DNA of 64,000 nucleotides, from positions 773,147 through 837,146 of the forward strand of contig JAAOMT010000439.1 of the NCBI GenBank assembly GCA_016748015.1, read 5' to 3'. The DNA comes from Geosiphon pyriformis uo1 (Eukaryota; Fungi; Glomeromycota). Under the pieces are notes generated by a model, which did no database searches, was not told the DNA's origin, and saw only the letters and a program-made list of their open reading frames with translations. Positions 37,608 to 51,705 of the stretch are shown here, piece by piece (position 1 is the first letter of the stretch; every line of letters begins with the position of its first letter). Made by a program: the position numbers and the translations under genes.

Positions 37608-37805
37608 ATATTGTTATGAAAATGGGAATGGAGTAACCAAAGATCTCGCCAAAGCAGTTGAATGATATATTAAGGCAGCCGAAAAAGGATATTCAAAGGC
37701 ACAATATGATCTTGCAATCTGTTATAAAAATCGAAACGGTGTGTCTAAAGATCTTTCAAAAGCAGTTAAATGGTATAAAAAAGCTGGAAAAGAAATTCAG
37801 ATGGA
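37608..37805 (+). pseudogene. Orphan pair of degenerate Sel1 repeats
   Basis: YCYENGNGVTKDLAKAVE*YIKAAEKGYSKAQYDLAICYKNRNGVSKDLSKAVKWYKKAG. Confidence 0.85.
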
Positions 37806-40800
37806 TAAAACATATTGCAGGCTACACACGCCCTTACAATAGATTGCCAAATATTAATCTTAATATATTTATTAATGACCAAATTTTTTAGTTGAAATAA
37901 AATAAAATAAAATAAATAATATAACCTTTTTAAAGTATTTTTTGTGTTATTTTTCATAGATTTTGTTTTGATTAAAACCATTTATTTACTTCAAATCAGG
38001 ACTTTGAACTATCTAGCTCAATGCTATAATACCACAAATTTGAATAAAAAGGGATTTAAAACATCATCTTGTTAAAATAAAATGTTTAAATTTTAAAAAT
38101 CAAGATTATATCAAATACAATTATAAAATATAATTCATTTATTACCAAATTTTATTTTAAATAAACTTTATTAATCCTTGTACACAATTATCCAATTCAA
38201 AACCAGAAATTTTCATATATTTGATATTATTAGTATTATTTATTTTTTTGTATATATATTTGTAAATAATATAATATTAAGTTTTTAAATAGTTAATTTG
38301 TAATTTTATTATTGATTTTGATGAACAAATATAATGATAATACATATTTTTTAAATTTGATTTTTTTATCTTTCTGATAATAAATTAATTTAATAACTTT
38401 GTATTTTGTATTTTTGTATAATAATAAAATCTAGCATTTTTAAATAATGTTTAAATATAAATTTGTAATAATAAAACGAAATTTATTATAAATTATGAGA
38501 TTTAATAAAATTTTTAATTTAATAAACAAATAGAGTGAATTTTATTGAACTTCAAGAAATCGAGTTTTTACAATTTAGCTTTAGATAACATAAATATTAC
38601 AATAAAAAATCAAATTTAATTATTAATTATTAAGTTTAATATTAATTAGATAATATTTTGTATATAAATTAAGTTTTTAAATGAACATATTTTAATTTTT
38701 TAGATTTTTTTCTATAGTTTATAGTTTTTAAATTAGTTAATTTTTAAAGAGTTGTCCATTAAATTGAACATATATTTTTATTTTAATAAAGTATATGTAA
38801 GAAAGATTTAAATTTTTTTTATAATTTTTTATTAATAATGAATATAAATTTTAAGTTTATCAAACTTAAAAATGCAATTAAATATATAATTCGTATAGAT
38901 CTATATAAAGTTTTAAATATACACTTTTAGATATCAAAAAGAAAATTTTACAATCACAAATTATGGGATTTTTATGATTACTGTTCGACAGATTTGGGTT
39001 CATGTAGAAAAAATGGCAGAACAAAATAAAGTTATAAAATCTATTTCTTAAGAATTTGATATTCTGTAAAATTGTATTGTAATTAATCATTCAGAAATAA
39101 ATGATATATTGAAAAAAATTAATATGGAAAAAATCTTCATGACCGCTCGATCACTTGCACACTTTCGATAAAGTAATGCATGAAATATTGCTTGGAAGAC
39201 AAGGTGAAGAAAGAAAATTTTCTTTGTGAGATAAATTACTTTGGTTTAACCAAAATTCATCATTCTGACTCATAATGATAAGAATAGAATATATATTCGG
39301 CTGAATTGATTCAATGAAACTATTAAGAAAATCTTTTTTTTTTTGATTTTTCCATGGTTTTATTAATTTGTAAAGGAACAAAGAATTTAAATCCAACATA
39401 AGAAATTACAGAAATCACAAGGGTAAAAGAACAAAGATTTAAGGTGTAAGTCATATGGATTTGTTTATCATGGAATTTTGAGACTTGTACTATTCCTCCG
39501 CTTTTCGAAATTATAATTTTTAATATGTGTACATATACCTTAATTTAGCATGGATGTATATTAATTATTCTAGGAACCTGAAATTACGTGATATAAAATC
39601 AATTTTTTTTTCAAAAAAAAGAAAATTTAGCATTGTATATCTTTCCAAAGAATAAATGAGCTTCAAACAATAGTAATCAGTTTGAGTAATGCATGTAGTT
39701 ATTCCGAACATAATATTATAAACAATGAATTTAACATTGTGCAGAGGTATCCAATTAAATACTTAATTTGTGATTCCTACACAGATGATCACCAGGGTTT
39801 TTTTTTTGCTAAATCAAGTTATAATATCATATCAATAATTGTATCATAAAATTCTGATGTTTTTTTGTTACTACTATTGTTATTCTTTAAAATTTCAAGT
39901 ATAAGAATTTACTATTTGATTGCTTTTTTATTGGTTTAAATTTAATTGATAAAATTTAATAAACGAAAAATTTAAATAAGTAAACAAATAACATTTCAAT
40001 TTCAATTTTCTATTTGTCAATATAATAAATTTCGTACAGATAACACAAAATTTTAAAATTTTCAGCGTATAAAAATACACAAATAATGATAGCTCAATAA
40101 CCATCGCATCAAATTTTTTTTATAATTAATTGTAAATTTATTGAGCAGTCATTAATATCAAATCCATTTTTTTCTGTTTTATAATTATTTTTGCTGCTCT
40201 GTTTAATTGAGAACACCAAATTGAAAAGAAATAATTAGATATAATTCACATTTTTTATTTGAATTTGCCTAACCCATAATTTTGTTATGTGAAGGTTCAT
40301 CGCTTGTCAGTACGATACTTTTGAAAAAAGAAGGTTAATATGAGCGTTTGCAATTAGTATCATGTCCAGTTTTTTATTCATTTCAAGCATTGGTTTAATT
40401 TTTAAAATATTTTGTGTGAGGTTTTATCATAAAAAAGAGCTTTAATTACTAATTTAAAGCAAAAACCAGTTTCAATTTTTTTTCGTCACGTACTGCATTA
40501 ACAGCCTTTACCAGAACAAACCTAAAAGGTATTGATATTAAAAAAAAGTATCATAATTAGATAACACAAACTTTTATATTAATATTATTAACACGAATAC
40601 CCTCAAAATGTTGAGATTAATAAATCGAATTTTCTGTCGTGACTTTGATTCCAATAAAATATGGTTATCACAAAGAAAAAAGTAAAATATAGATATTTTT
40701 TAAATTCAATTTTATAAATTAAAAAAGTTACAAGCTAGTTATTTAGTTGGTTTCATAAAATGATAGGCATATATTAACTTTAATATGATCTGTAAATCTT

Positions 40801-40912
40801 ACACTTGGGTCACCGAAAATAATTATTTCTATACCTATAAAATCTCTAAAGTATACTTCAATTGGGGTATTTTAAGTTTACCAGAAAAGTAAAATTATAA
40901 AAGAAAGTTTTC

Positions 40913-41662
40913 TTATGCTAAAGTTTTGACCAGAAACACAATAAGGTAGATGAAAATTGGTATTGAAATTATACTGTTTATTAAACATCTTTGGGCTAGA
41001 AAAAGAGTTTCAGGGTAAATTAGAAAAGTTAAAACCTTGAAAATCACCCAAAATCAAATTTCAAAGTTTTACTCACACCATCGTCGTTTCTCTTTTTCCT
41101 TAGCACAAATCCATATTGAACCGACTATCCAAATTGGCCAGAGAAAAAATCCAAAAAAGTAAAGTTTCTTGGTAATTGACCAAGAATTTTTAGATTGATT
41201 TGGTTTAACTTCTTGAAAAGGATCCATATCCATTGTCCAAGGACGATAATATTTTGGTGGCTTATCATTTATTGATGTAGAATATTGTGGTAGGGATTCA
41301 ATAGATACAGATCTTTGTGGACGATGTGCTGCCCTTATTGGAGGTATTACTAAGGGAGTGGAAATTGTTGGTGATGTTGGAAAAGAAGAAGAGATGGAAG
41401 TATTTGGAGAAACTATAGTCTGAGGTAAGGTAATTGTCGCAGAAGATGTATTAATATTTAAATTAATAGTTGACAGTTCATTTGACGATAAAATCAAACT
41501 AGATTCTCTCTGTGGCTCTGGAGATCCTAAAGCTTCATTAAAATTCATATCCAAGCTATCTACATTTAAATTTTCTTTTGACTCTAAAGTAGGCTTTATT
41601 TTTTGACTGCCAATCTCACTGTTACTGACACAATTTTTTTCAGAATTGACTTCCAAATCCAT
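40913..41662 (-). CDS. Ser/Pro-rich membrane protein with PY motifs and C-terminal TM hairpin (copy A)
   Basis: ATG 41662; LPQY and PPKY; TM LYFFGFFLWPIWIVGSIW; GTGAGT intron ~41076-40997; exon 2 SQRCLINSIISIPIFIYLIVFLVKTLA*. Confidence 0.8.
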
Positions 41663-44119
41663 TAGGGAATAAAAAATTTAAATCTAACAAAGAATTTTTA
41701 TTTCCGAAATTTTCTCACTTTTAAATCTTTAAAACAGTTCAACTATGTAACCAACCACGCATAAAAATTTTTAGACATAAATTAGTTTTACTTATCTGAA
41801 GCACAGCTAAACAATTTTAGAATTGTGTTGCAATAAAGTCATTAAAGAAATCTTTGTTTTAAATTTTTTTTTCAAAGCATTTAATGCACTCGTGTGTGCT
41901 GAAATTTTGATCAAGTAATACATTATGTTAATAATTTTAATATGGATAATAATAAAATGCAAATCCCTCTATTATATTTTTTGACCGAATATTTCTTGCG
42001 AAATTACCAGTTAACAAACAAGATATTTTTAGTTTGATTTTAAAACCCAATCAATGTAAGGTGAGTGAAGAACCAAGAAAATGAACAAAAAAACTTTCTA
42101 AGCGAATCATATTAATTTCTCTATGCTTAAATTTGAAACTGTATTCTCTTCCCCCCTTTAGAAGATTTAGAATAAATTCTTTCATCATGCATTTGTAAAA
42201 AAAATTGTGTCTTAATCTTCAAACCTGTTGTAAAAATTGGGGAGATAAAGATTTGTATATGAACGCATCCATTTCACGTTAAATGTAATTTAGTAAAGTT
42301 TTATGTTTGTTATTAATTAATAAAAAAAGAATAAATGATATGAAGGAAAGATAATAGTGATCCCAGCGCTTTTCATTGTCTTTTCCCAAAGAATGGCATC
42401 CTTTGAGACAATAGATAATCGTCATGTATATCGGTTGCTCAATAATATTGCTGCAACTCAGATGTGACGTTACCAATACATTATGTGCGCAGATTTTCTA
42501 TGAAATTGGAATTAGCATTTTGTGAGAGATCGAATTAGGATTCACTGAGTGGTCATTACTTTTTTCTCCGTGATTTACCAAAAAATCAAGATTCCATGGA
42601 ATTACAAATTATTTGGAACAAAAATAAAATTTGATCAGTATTTATATCTAGTTAATCGATTATAACAATAACAGTTTACTGAATAAAAGATTATTTTTAA
42701 AGTGATATATCTTGCGAAATAAGAAATAAAAACTTTCGAAAGAAAAATATCTAGTGGTTAAAATATTTTATATTGATCTTTGCCTACAATTGTTTTTAAT
42801 AAAATATGTAATTTTCAATATAAAATATCCTTTTCACTTGATTTGATCAAAATTTATAATGCCAAATCAATTCATTAAATCATCTAATTTAAACAAAGGT
42901 GCCATATTTTCTTTATTTAAAAAATAAATTTCGGATATTCGTTTACTTTTATATTTGATCATGACCAATTTGACAAATTCGTATTTTGAAATGATTCAAC
43001 TTCTTAAAAAGTCAAGATTTATTGAACGAATCAAAAAATTGTCTTTCATAATGTCTTTAATTGAAAATGAAAAGTACAAATCTTAAATAAAGTTTCAAAT
43101 TGTTTTAAATTTCATTTGTTCAACTAGAGAAAATAAGGTATCATCAATCAAAAATTTCAAGTTTTTAATAATATATATATTTTGTACAATTTATTTGAAC
43201 TTGATAATTGGTTTTTCTGAAAACTTGTTTCATATTTTCTTTAAATGAACTGATCTTTGGATATACATTTTTTTTTGTCAAAGCTTTAAATCAATTGTAG
43301 TCACAGATTTCGAGTAGAACTTTGGTACGTTTAAAATTAATAATAATTTAATAAATGTCATGTATAAATTGTCACATAAAACATTGCAGATAATCATCTT
43401 TTTTAGTATCTTTGAATATATTATTAAATCAAGTTTTTACTCTTTATAAATAAAATTTCATCAAAAGAAACTTTTTATATATGTTGTGTATAAAATTTAA
43501 TACTACCAAGAATTATTTTAAGAATTAGACAATAACTTGAAATCTAATTTCTTATTTTACTTATTCATAAAGTTTCTTAATTATCAACATCTAAAATATG
43601 AAAGACGATCTTGTGCAGAGATTTTATTATACGATAAGTTGCAATCTAGAAGTTTTTTCAATATTAAAAATTATGCTTGTGACATAATATTCAATGGTAC
43701 TAGATCAAAATATCTGCATTACAATATAATAATAAAAAAATCTATAAAATTCTTTAAATTGACATTCAAAACGCTTGTAATAAAATTTGTAATCTTCATA
43801 ATAGCAAATCTTGGTTCACAAAATATCAATAACAATAAATTTAATATTAGGGAAAATCTATAAAATATTTACATGCTTCGTAACATAAAAGTAATACACG
43901 TACAAAACATCAATTTTATATGAGTATATTTATGTATAAACTATCAAAAATATTTTTGAACCTGTCAACTTGAATCCCTATACCTAAACATAGATACTTT
44001 TCGTACAATTTTTCGTTTGGCTTAGACTTTATTTGTTTAACAAAATTAATATTAAAATTATAATTAAAATTTGGAAAAAACTGAACTTTACATACAGTTT
44101 CTAATTGGAGAATCATGAA

Positions 44120-44490
44120 TAAAGAAAGAGAATAAGCATAAAACCTTTGTTTAATCGATCAATGTCTTCTCTTAAAAAAAAAAAGAAACGAATTAGAATT
44201 CAAGGTTTGCAAAAGTTAGAATGTTTTATATTAAATATATATTTATCTCATCAAGTAAAGATTAAGTAAATTCTAAAACCTTGAATAGCTTCTCGAAAAT
44301 TTAAATTATCATATTAAATAAAGCTTCGTTTAGAATATACTACAGTTTAAATAAATAAATATCTATATTAAAAACCAATCAATCTTTAGATGGAACATAG
44401 TTTTAATAAAGAATTGAAATTAACCTATTTTTTTTAGTTAAAAATTTAAGCCTATCAATTTAACTAATTAATAAACTTAATCTTGAAATT
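44120..44490. repeat. Inner inverted-repeat arm, pairing with ~46400-46670
   Basis: ttgtttaatcgatcaatgtcttctcttaaaaaaaa, gaattagaattcaag, catcaagtaaagat and taagcctatcaa all occur reverse-complemented at 46.4-46.65 kb. Confidence 0.85.
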
Positions 44491-47400
44491 AAAAAATCGA
44501 TAGACATTTGGTCCAGTTAATACCAAGAATCTGTATTACATTACAGGTTAATAAGACTCGTGATTCGCAGAAATGGTCCTTTCTTACCTAAGAATCCTTT
44601 AATTGGTCCTAAGGAGTTAAACATGGGCGTTGTATTTCTGCACTTTAAGACAGGAAAAATTTAGTTGAACGAAATTATTATATCTTCTAAATATGCATTT
44701 ATTGCATATTATATGTCGTTGTTGAATGGTCTTTTACATTTTATAGTTATGGGAGTTGTTAACTTTCGAAAGTGGTAAAAAACTTATAATTTACCTTAAA
44801 CATTAAACGATAAACTGATTTCGCTGATAGGCTTATTTGTTTATTAAAAAATTTTTCTTCCTATATTTTAACGTAGAATGTTATACTAGAATTTTCAATA
44901 AAATCAATATCCATGCTTCATTATCTATTCCTTCAATAATCTTGTGACTAAGAAACAGTTACACAAATACCAATCTCTATTGTTTTTGATGAACATTTTG
45001 GATCTTTGTTCTTTTTGTCTTTGTAAATTTTGTTGTGTTTCACTCATATTTTTTTTCTTTGTTTATTGCTGATTAAATTATCAATATTTGGATCAAAAAG
45101 ATTTTCATCGAAAGTTAAAGGAATATATTATTTGTTAAATGAAAACAATTCGAAAAATCCAAAAAATCAATAAAATTAAAAAGATCACTAGCCAGAAGCA
45201 CAATGATAAATGGTTTTCAGGGAAACCCGTTCTTTTCAGAAAAGTATTCAAGGCTGAAAATTTGTTTTAATTCAAAATTCCCATTTTAACCCATTCAATT
45301 ATAGGGTACAATAACGAACAAGATAAAAATTTGAACAGCTGAAAGCAAAGATATTTAAATAACACATAAGATATCAAATCTTTTTTTTTTGTGTAGAATT
45401 TTATTATATTTCGAAACTTTATTGGTTTAAGAAACTATTAATGTATTATCTGCATTTTTGAAGTCTTCAATTAGGCTAAAATTTAAACTGTTTTCAATTT
45501 TTTTTAAAATATACAGACCTCGGTATAACCCTTTTCAAGAAATCATATACTTATCGGGGAAAATCGTTTCAAATATTTATTTATAATTCTGAAATAGGTA
45601 TAATGATAATTTCTTATTTTACAAAAGTTCGAGAACGGCGAAGCCGAATGATGTAGTCATAAAACAAAATGCATAAACTCTATAATGGTGGAATTCTGGG
45701 ATTAAAATATTAAATTGAAAACTCCACAATATATGACAGATAAATTATCAATGGTATGCAATATAAAATTGTACAATCAACAAACTTATTATCATTACTC
45801 ATTTATAGGATATGATAATTTCCTAAGGCACTTTCGTGCAACTGTATGCTCTCTGTCCCTGCTTAAAAAGTATCTGTCTTAATAGGAATACTAAAGAATT
45901 TGTACCATTTATACAATGGATCATTATTAGATAATGTACAATCTACTACCCTGCATCCCATTCTTAAAGGTTTAAATTTTATTGACAGAGAATAAGGCTC
46001 ATAAACCTCATTTAGAAATCATATGTATAAAGATGACAAAAGTCTTGTACGATTTAGGATACAAAGAATGATTTCTGCGAACCAAAGTCTCATTAACCCC
46101 TCGTAATATAATATAAATCAGTTTAATTCTCGGTATCAATTGGACTAACTTAATATCCTTTGTTTCTAAATGTCTTTTAATCTATTGGATTATCCTATAA
46201 TAAAACCTAGTTATTAAGATGCCATTCGCCAAAAAAACTAGTACATATAAATAAACTAAAATTTTAATGCCATCCTATGCATTTTTCTAGAATTGAAATT
46301 TCTTGGTAACGCCATTTAAAAAAAATAAACGATAAATATCCATTTTAATTCCATTTTTGGGATTTTCAAACACTGTTCTTAAAAGCGTGATATTCTAATT
46401 GCAACGTCAAGTTTTTAATTAGTTAACTTGATAGGCTTAATTTTCAACCAAAACATAGGTTAATTGCTCAAGATTTTAAACTTTACTTGATCTTTACTTG
46501 ATGGCATAAATAATTTTAAAAGGATTCATTCTATTCTGAATAATTCTAACAATTCAATTAATAATAAAAATTTTGTAAAACTTGAATTCTAATTCCTCTC
46601 TCCTTTTTTTTAAGAGAAGACATTGATCGATTAAACAAGGATTTGATCCCTGCTTATTATCTTTCTTTGTGCAAATTTCATTAAATATTTAGGGGTAAAT
46701 TTTGAATTATAAACTTAATTTATAAATAGAGCCGTTGTTTTTTAAATTATTAGGTTAGACAAATAAGTTGGATTGTAAACATTTTAAAGAACAAATAAAA
46801 GATTCTTATAAATTTTATATATAATTTAAATTTAGAAATTAAATGGATATTATACTTTATATAAGTTTTTCTTTATCGATTGTATGACAGTTTTTATTGA
46901 ATCATGTCGTCAAGACATGAGAAGAGGCGATTCTTAATTTCTCTAATGAAAATTTAACTTTTTTGGAAAATTCAAAATAATGTATCATTTCACAAGATAA
47001 AATTAATTTTTAAAAAAATTTATTATGACATGTAACTATTTTAATTATTATTTTAGTTTTTAATCAAGTATTCAAAAAAACTATGAATTGGTAATCATTG
47101 ATTTTATCAAAAAGCTTATTATCAGGACAAAATGCATGGCAATATACAAACATTGGATTTATATAGTACTAAATTAATAAAAAATATTTTACCAGTATTT
47201 ATTACATGTTTTCATAAACGTTTTCTTTTTAAACATAAATAAATATGATAGCCTTTGACAAAGATATTAAAATTTGTTTTAATAAAATTTCTTCAGTTTA
47301 AACTATATTTTAAATATTGAGAAAATGTACGTTTATAAAATCTCACTTTTTAGATCAGGTTTAATGTATTTGTGAGATGCATGAGATGGTACAATTTCAA

Positions 47401-47660
47401 ACTTGCAGTGAAAAAATGGATAGATGAGTTCATTTGGATCCAAATGTTTTTCATTCAGATTTTCCTTTATATTTGATCTTTAATTTACTGGTTAAATATA
47501 AAACTTGCACAAAGACTAATTTTTTTATGATTTCATTCTGGCCTTTGTTCAAACATACCTTACAAGATCGTGTGGCATTTAGTGCATGATTATGGCAGGA
47601 TATTTATAAAAGCAAAAATTCCAAAAATAAAAATTCTTTATTAAATTGAATTTTTTTCAA

Positions 47661-48386
47661 ATGGATTTGGAAGTCAAATTTGAAAACCACTGTGGCAATA
47701 ACAGTGAGAGTTACTGTCAAAAAATAAAGCCTACTTTAGATTCAAAAGAAAATCCAAATGTAGCATCTCCAGAACCACAGAGAGAATCTAGTTTGATTTT
47801 ATCGTCAAATGAACTGTCAACTATTAATTTAAATATTAATACATCTTCTGCGACAATTACCTTACCTCAGACTATAGTTTCTCCAAATACTTCCATCTCT
47901 TCTTCTTTTCCAACATCACCAACAATGTCCACTCCCTTAGTAATACCTCCAATAAGGGCAGCACATCGTCCACAAAGATCTGTATCTATTGAATCCCTAC
48001 CACAATATTCTACATCAATAAATGATAAGCCACCAAAATATTATCGTCCTTGGACAATGGATATGGATCCTTTTCAAGAAGTTAAACCAAGTCAATCTAA
48101 AAATTCTTGGTCAATTACCAAGAAACTTTACTTTTTTGGATTTTTTCTCTGGCCAATTTGGATAGCCGGTTCAATATGGATTTGTGCTAAGGAAAAAGAG
48201 AAACGACGATGGTGTGAGTAAAACTTTGAAATTTGATTTTGGGAGATTTTGAGGTTTTAATTTATTAATGAATTTTTATTTTACTACTCAATTTTTCCAG
48301 CCCAAAGATGTTTAATAAATAGCATAATTTCAATTGGAATTTCTACTTATATTATTGTGGCTATAGTGAAAAATATGAAAAATTGA
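47661..48386 (+). CDS. Ser/Pro-rich membrane protein with PY motifs and C-terminal TM hairpin (copy B, inverted paralogue)
   Basis: ATG 47661; intron 48214-48300; exon 2 SQRCLINSIISIGISTYIIVAIVKNMKN*; core nearly identical to copy A. Confidence 0.8.
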
Positions 48387-50250
48387 TTCTGAGATCGATC
48401 AGCAACAAGTCATGATTTCTCTAAATACCATGTATTTATCTTATTAGAACAACATCATATGTTGAATATAATACATCAAATATATTTATAAGGTATATAA
48501 CTAATTTTTGCAATACCATCAAAGTAATGGGTTGCTCCTCTATCGGGAATTCAATCAAGAGACAAGAATTTTTATTTCCCTCGACAATTCTGTTTCTTTC
48601 GTTTCGGTTCATATTAAAAACAGTGTCTGAGATTGCATTTAAGATTTTCTTTCTCTGAATAATCTTTACTTTTATATCACTTATTTTTCTTTTTCAAAAT
48701 CATTTGGAATTTTGGATTGAAATACTTTATAAGAAGTTAAATGGGCTATAGTTTTTGGGAGATAAGAAGTTTTTAAATGATCAAAGTCTTTGAGTTTTTA
48801 ATTTTAAATAAATGGATTTGGCCATTAATTGAAAAGTAAAATTTGTAAACTTTTTTCAGTAAAAATTATTCTTAAAAGATTTTAAGCTTTTTGGTATTTT
48901 TCAAAAAAAAATTAAATTAAATTCCTATAAATTTTGAAAAATTTTCTAGAAAGTATTAAAAATTTTTAATTTTTGTATACATCTATAAATTCCATGAAAT
49001 TTATGATAAAACTTTTTATCAATTTTTTTAAACCTTTAATCTTTGAATGGAAATAACTAATTAAAATTTCAAATTAAAATACTCATGGTAAAACTTTATA
49101 TCAATCAAGATGAATTTTTTTTTGATAAACTTTTTGAATTTTAATAAACATCAATTTAGGATGAAGTAAAAAAATCCAAAAAACCAATTAATTTCATATA
49201 GAAATTATAAAATATTTTAATCCAAATTTTGAAGAATAAAATTGTATTAAATTGAAACCTGAAAGCTCATTATGATTTTGATTTATTGGGTTTATGACCA
49301 ATGAATTCAATTTAAACTGAAATTGTAAAGCAAATTGGTTATTAAGTATTTCGGAATCTTTTTTGTTCGTTTTGATTCTGTTTGAAATCCGAGAAAATTT
49401 TATTCAGACTTTAAAGTCTAATCAGGTCAACGACCATTATTGTGTATTTTAGGTTAATAGCAACACTCAAAATTTTCTAATAAAAACTTTCTTATCTGAA
49501 TAAATTTTTTCTTTTTCTTTTAAGGTATTTAAACGAAATGAATGGACGAATAAATAAATAAATAAATAAATAACCTTTAAAATAAACTCCCAAGAAAGCA
49601 AAATCTAAAAAATGCGTACATTTATCAGTTTTAAATTGGCAAATATTTCTACGAATTCCCTTTCTGGATTTATTGCATTGTTCATCTTTCACAAAATTAA
49701 TATTGACGACAATAAAATAACCCTCATCCGATTGATCAAATGTGCTCCTAAAAACATTCTTTCCCAATAATTCTGTTATCCAGCTCATTACAATTTTTTT
49801 TTATTTTAATCAAATCTCACAAAATGGAATATAAATGTAGCAAACATATTTTTATATGAAAATAATTACTTTGAATGTTTTATTTAATAAAAATTGCTAA
49901 AATTTAATAAGAATGTTCAAGTTAATTGATGTAGTAAAATTTGATATAACAAAAATTTATGAAAAAAGCTAATAAGTGTACATATGTAGTAAATTTTGAT
50001 ATGTTTGAATAATTCGATCTCAAGAATTTTAATATTATTGCCCTAAATATTACAAATGAGGGAAAATCTATAAAAATTTTTAAAATATTTTTTTGTGTGG
50101 TAAATATTATCACCCTTAAATATTTAATAAAAAAAAACATTCACAGATCGTGCATTCCATATCTTATAAAAAGAAAATCAAAACTTTTTGAAGGTAAAAC
50201 TTTTATTCTTTGGATTATAGACACTTGAATATAAAACAAAATTCTTAAAA

Positions 50251-51705
50251 ATGTCTAAAATACTTGTTAAGAATAATTTATTATTGATAGTAGTCTTATT
50301 TGCTCTTTTAATTTTATTATATCAAAGTTTATCGATATGTTACAAAAATTTAATTCATATTCAAACCCTAGAGCTCTTAAAACCATCAGTTTTATTATTT
50401 CCAAGTTTAAAAAGCTCAAATTATAATATAAATCAAACATTATATGAATTACTTAAAAATCGTGCTGTAAATCAACCACAAAAACGATTGATAAATCTTA
50501 AAATAGAGAAGAAGTTTTTGAAAAAATTAACCATGGCTGCGTATTTTTCGAATCTTGCCTACATTCCAGACCATAAAAAAATGGGAGAACCTTTTTCCAG
50601 TCAGCGTTTGAAAGGTTTTGACTATTTATTAAATTTGAAGTACTTATATGCACCTGATTTAATTCTTTTTTATTCTACGTTAAAGTTAACATGCACCATG
50701 CAGGCTCTTCATTGGTTGTACATTTTAAAGGTGATAAAAATTTATATAACTTATATTTTCATCATTCATAAACTCTTATCCAATCAGAAACTCAAATTTA
50801 AAATATTTAATTCATTAATTAAAGGACCTATGTTGACAAAAAAAGAATGGGTAACTCGAAAAACTAAGCTAGCAACATTTGAACTCGAGGGATTTCCACA
50901 CAATGACTTAATTCAGGTCGAAAAAGATTGGAGCAGCGATGTCCTTGCCATCAAAGAAGAACTAAACGATTGGATTTTTCATTCAATACAACATGCTGAA
51001 ACCAATTATTGGACAAAAACTGTTAAAAATATCCTATTTACTGGGCATGCAATTGGTGGTGGTATGTTTTCAATGAAAAAATTATAAAATACAATCAATT
51101 AAATATTAACTTACTAAGACAATTTAATAGCTTATGCAACAATCGCTGCACTGCATTGGAGAATTGGTTCAAGTTATTTCGATATTAATAATAGTCTTAA
51201 AATTGATTTTGCTGCTTTAAAACTCCAAGTTATTACCTTTGGTGCTCCTAGGGTTGGTAATGCTGTATTTGCACGACTAGTCAACAAACTGTTAGATGTT
51301 TTCCGAATCACCTATTTTAACGATCATGTGCCACACTTTCCAAAGTATGAGGTTGATAAAAAGAATCTTTTGCAACATTCAGAGACAGAGTATTGGATTT
51401 TGCCATCATGTGAATGTCCAAATAATGGAGAAGATTTATTTTATGAGTGCAGGGGATTTGACTATGGGTTAAAAGGTTGGAAACAGCAGTATATTGGATT
51501 GCCAATGACTTTAGTTCCAGAGAGGGGCATGTCTGGAGAAAATGAGGTTGGTCTTTGATTATTATTATTATTATTATTATTACCGAAATTTATTTTTATA
51601 AAATTTTAACTTTTAAAGGAATGCAATGCTGCCCAGCGAATAAAGAATATACCGGATAATTGTATACATTTGGGACCATACTTTGGAATAATAATGAATA
51701 ATTAG
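50251..51705 (+). CDS. Signal-anchored/secreted class-3 lipase-fold protein with catalytic Ser replaced by Ala
   Basis: Hydrophobic N-terminus LLLIVVLFALLILLY. MAAYFSNLAY, LVVHFKG|P, ILFTGHAIGG|AYATIAAL, VITFGAPRVGNAVFA, FRITYFNDHVPHFP, LQHSETEYW, GENE|ECNA, IHLGPYFG. Four GT-AG introns; no internal stop seen. Confidence 0.9.

Noticed and set aside
44500-46400. Possible gene remnants in the centre of the 41-48 kb palindrome, and at 54.7-55.2 kb
   Set aside because: Slightly GC-richer, but I could not recover any recognisable motif or consistent frame.
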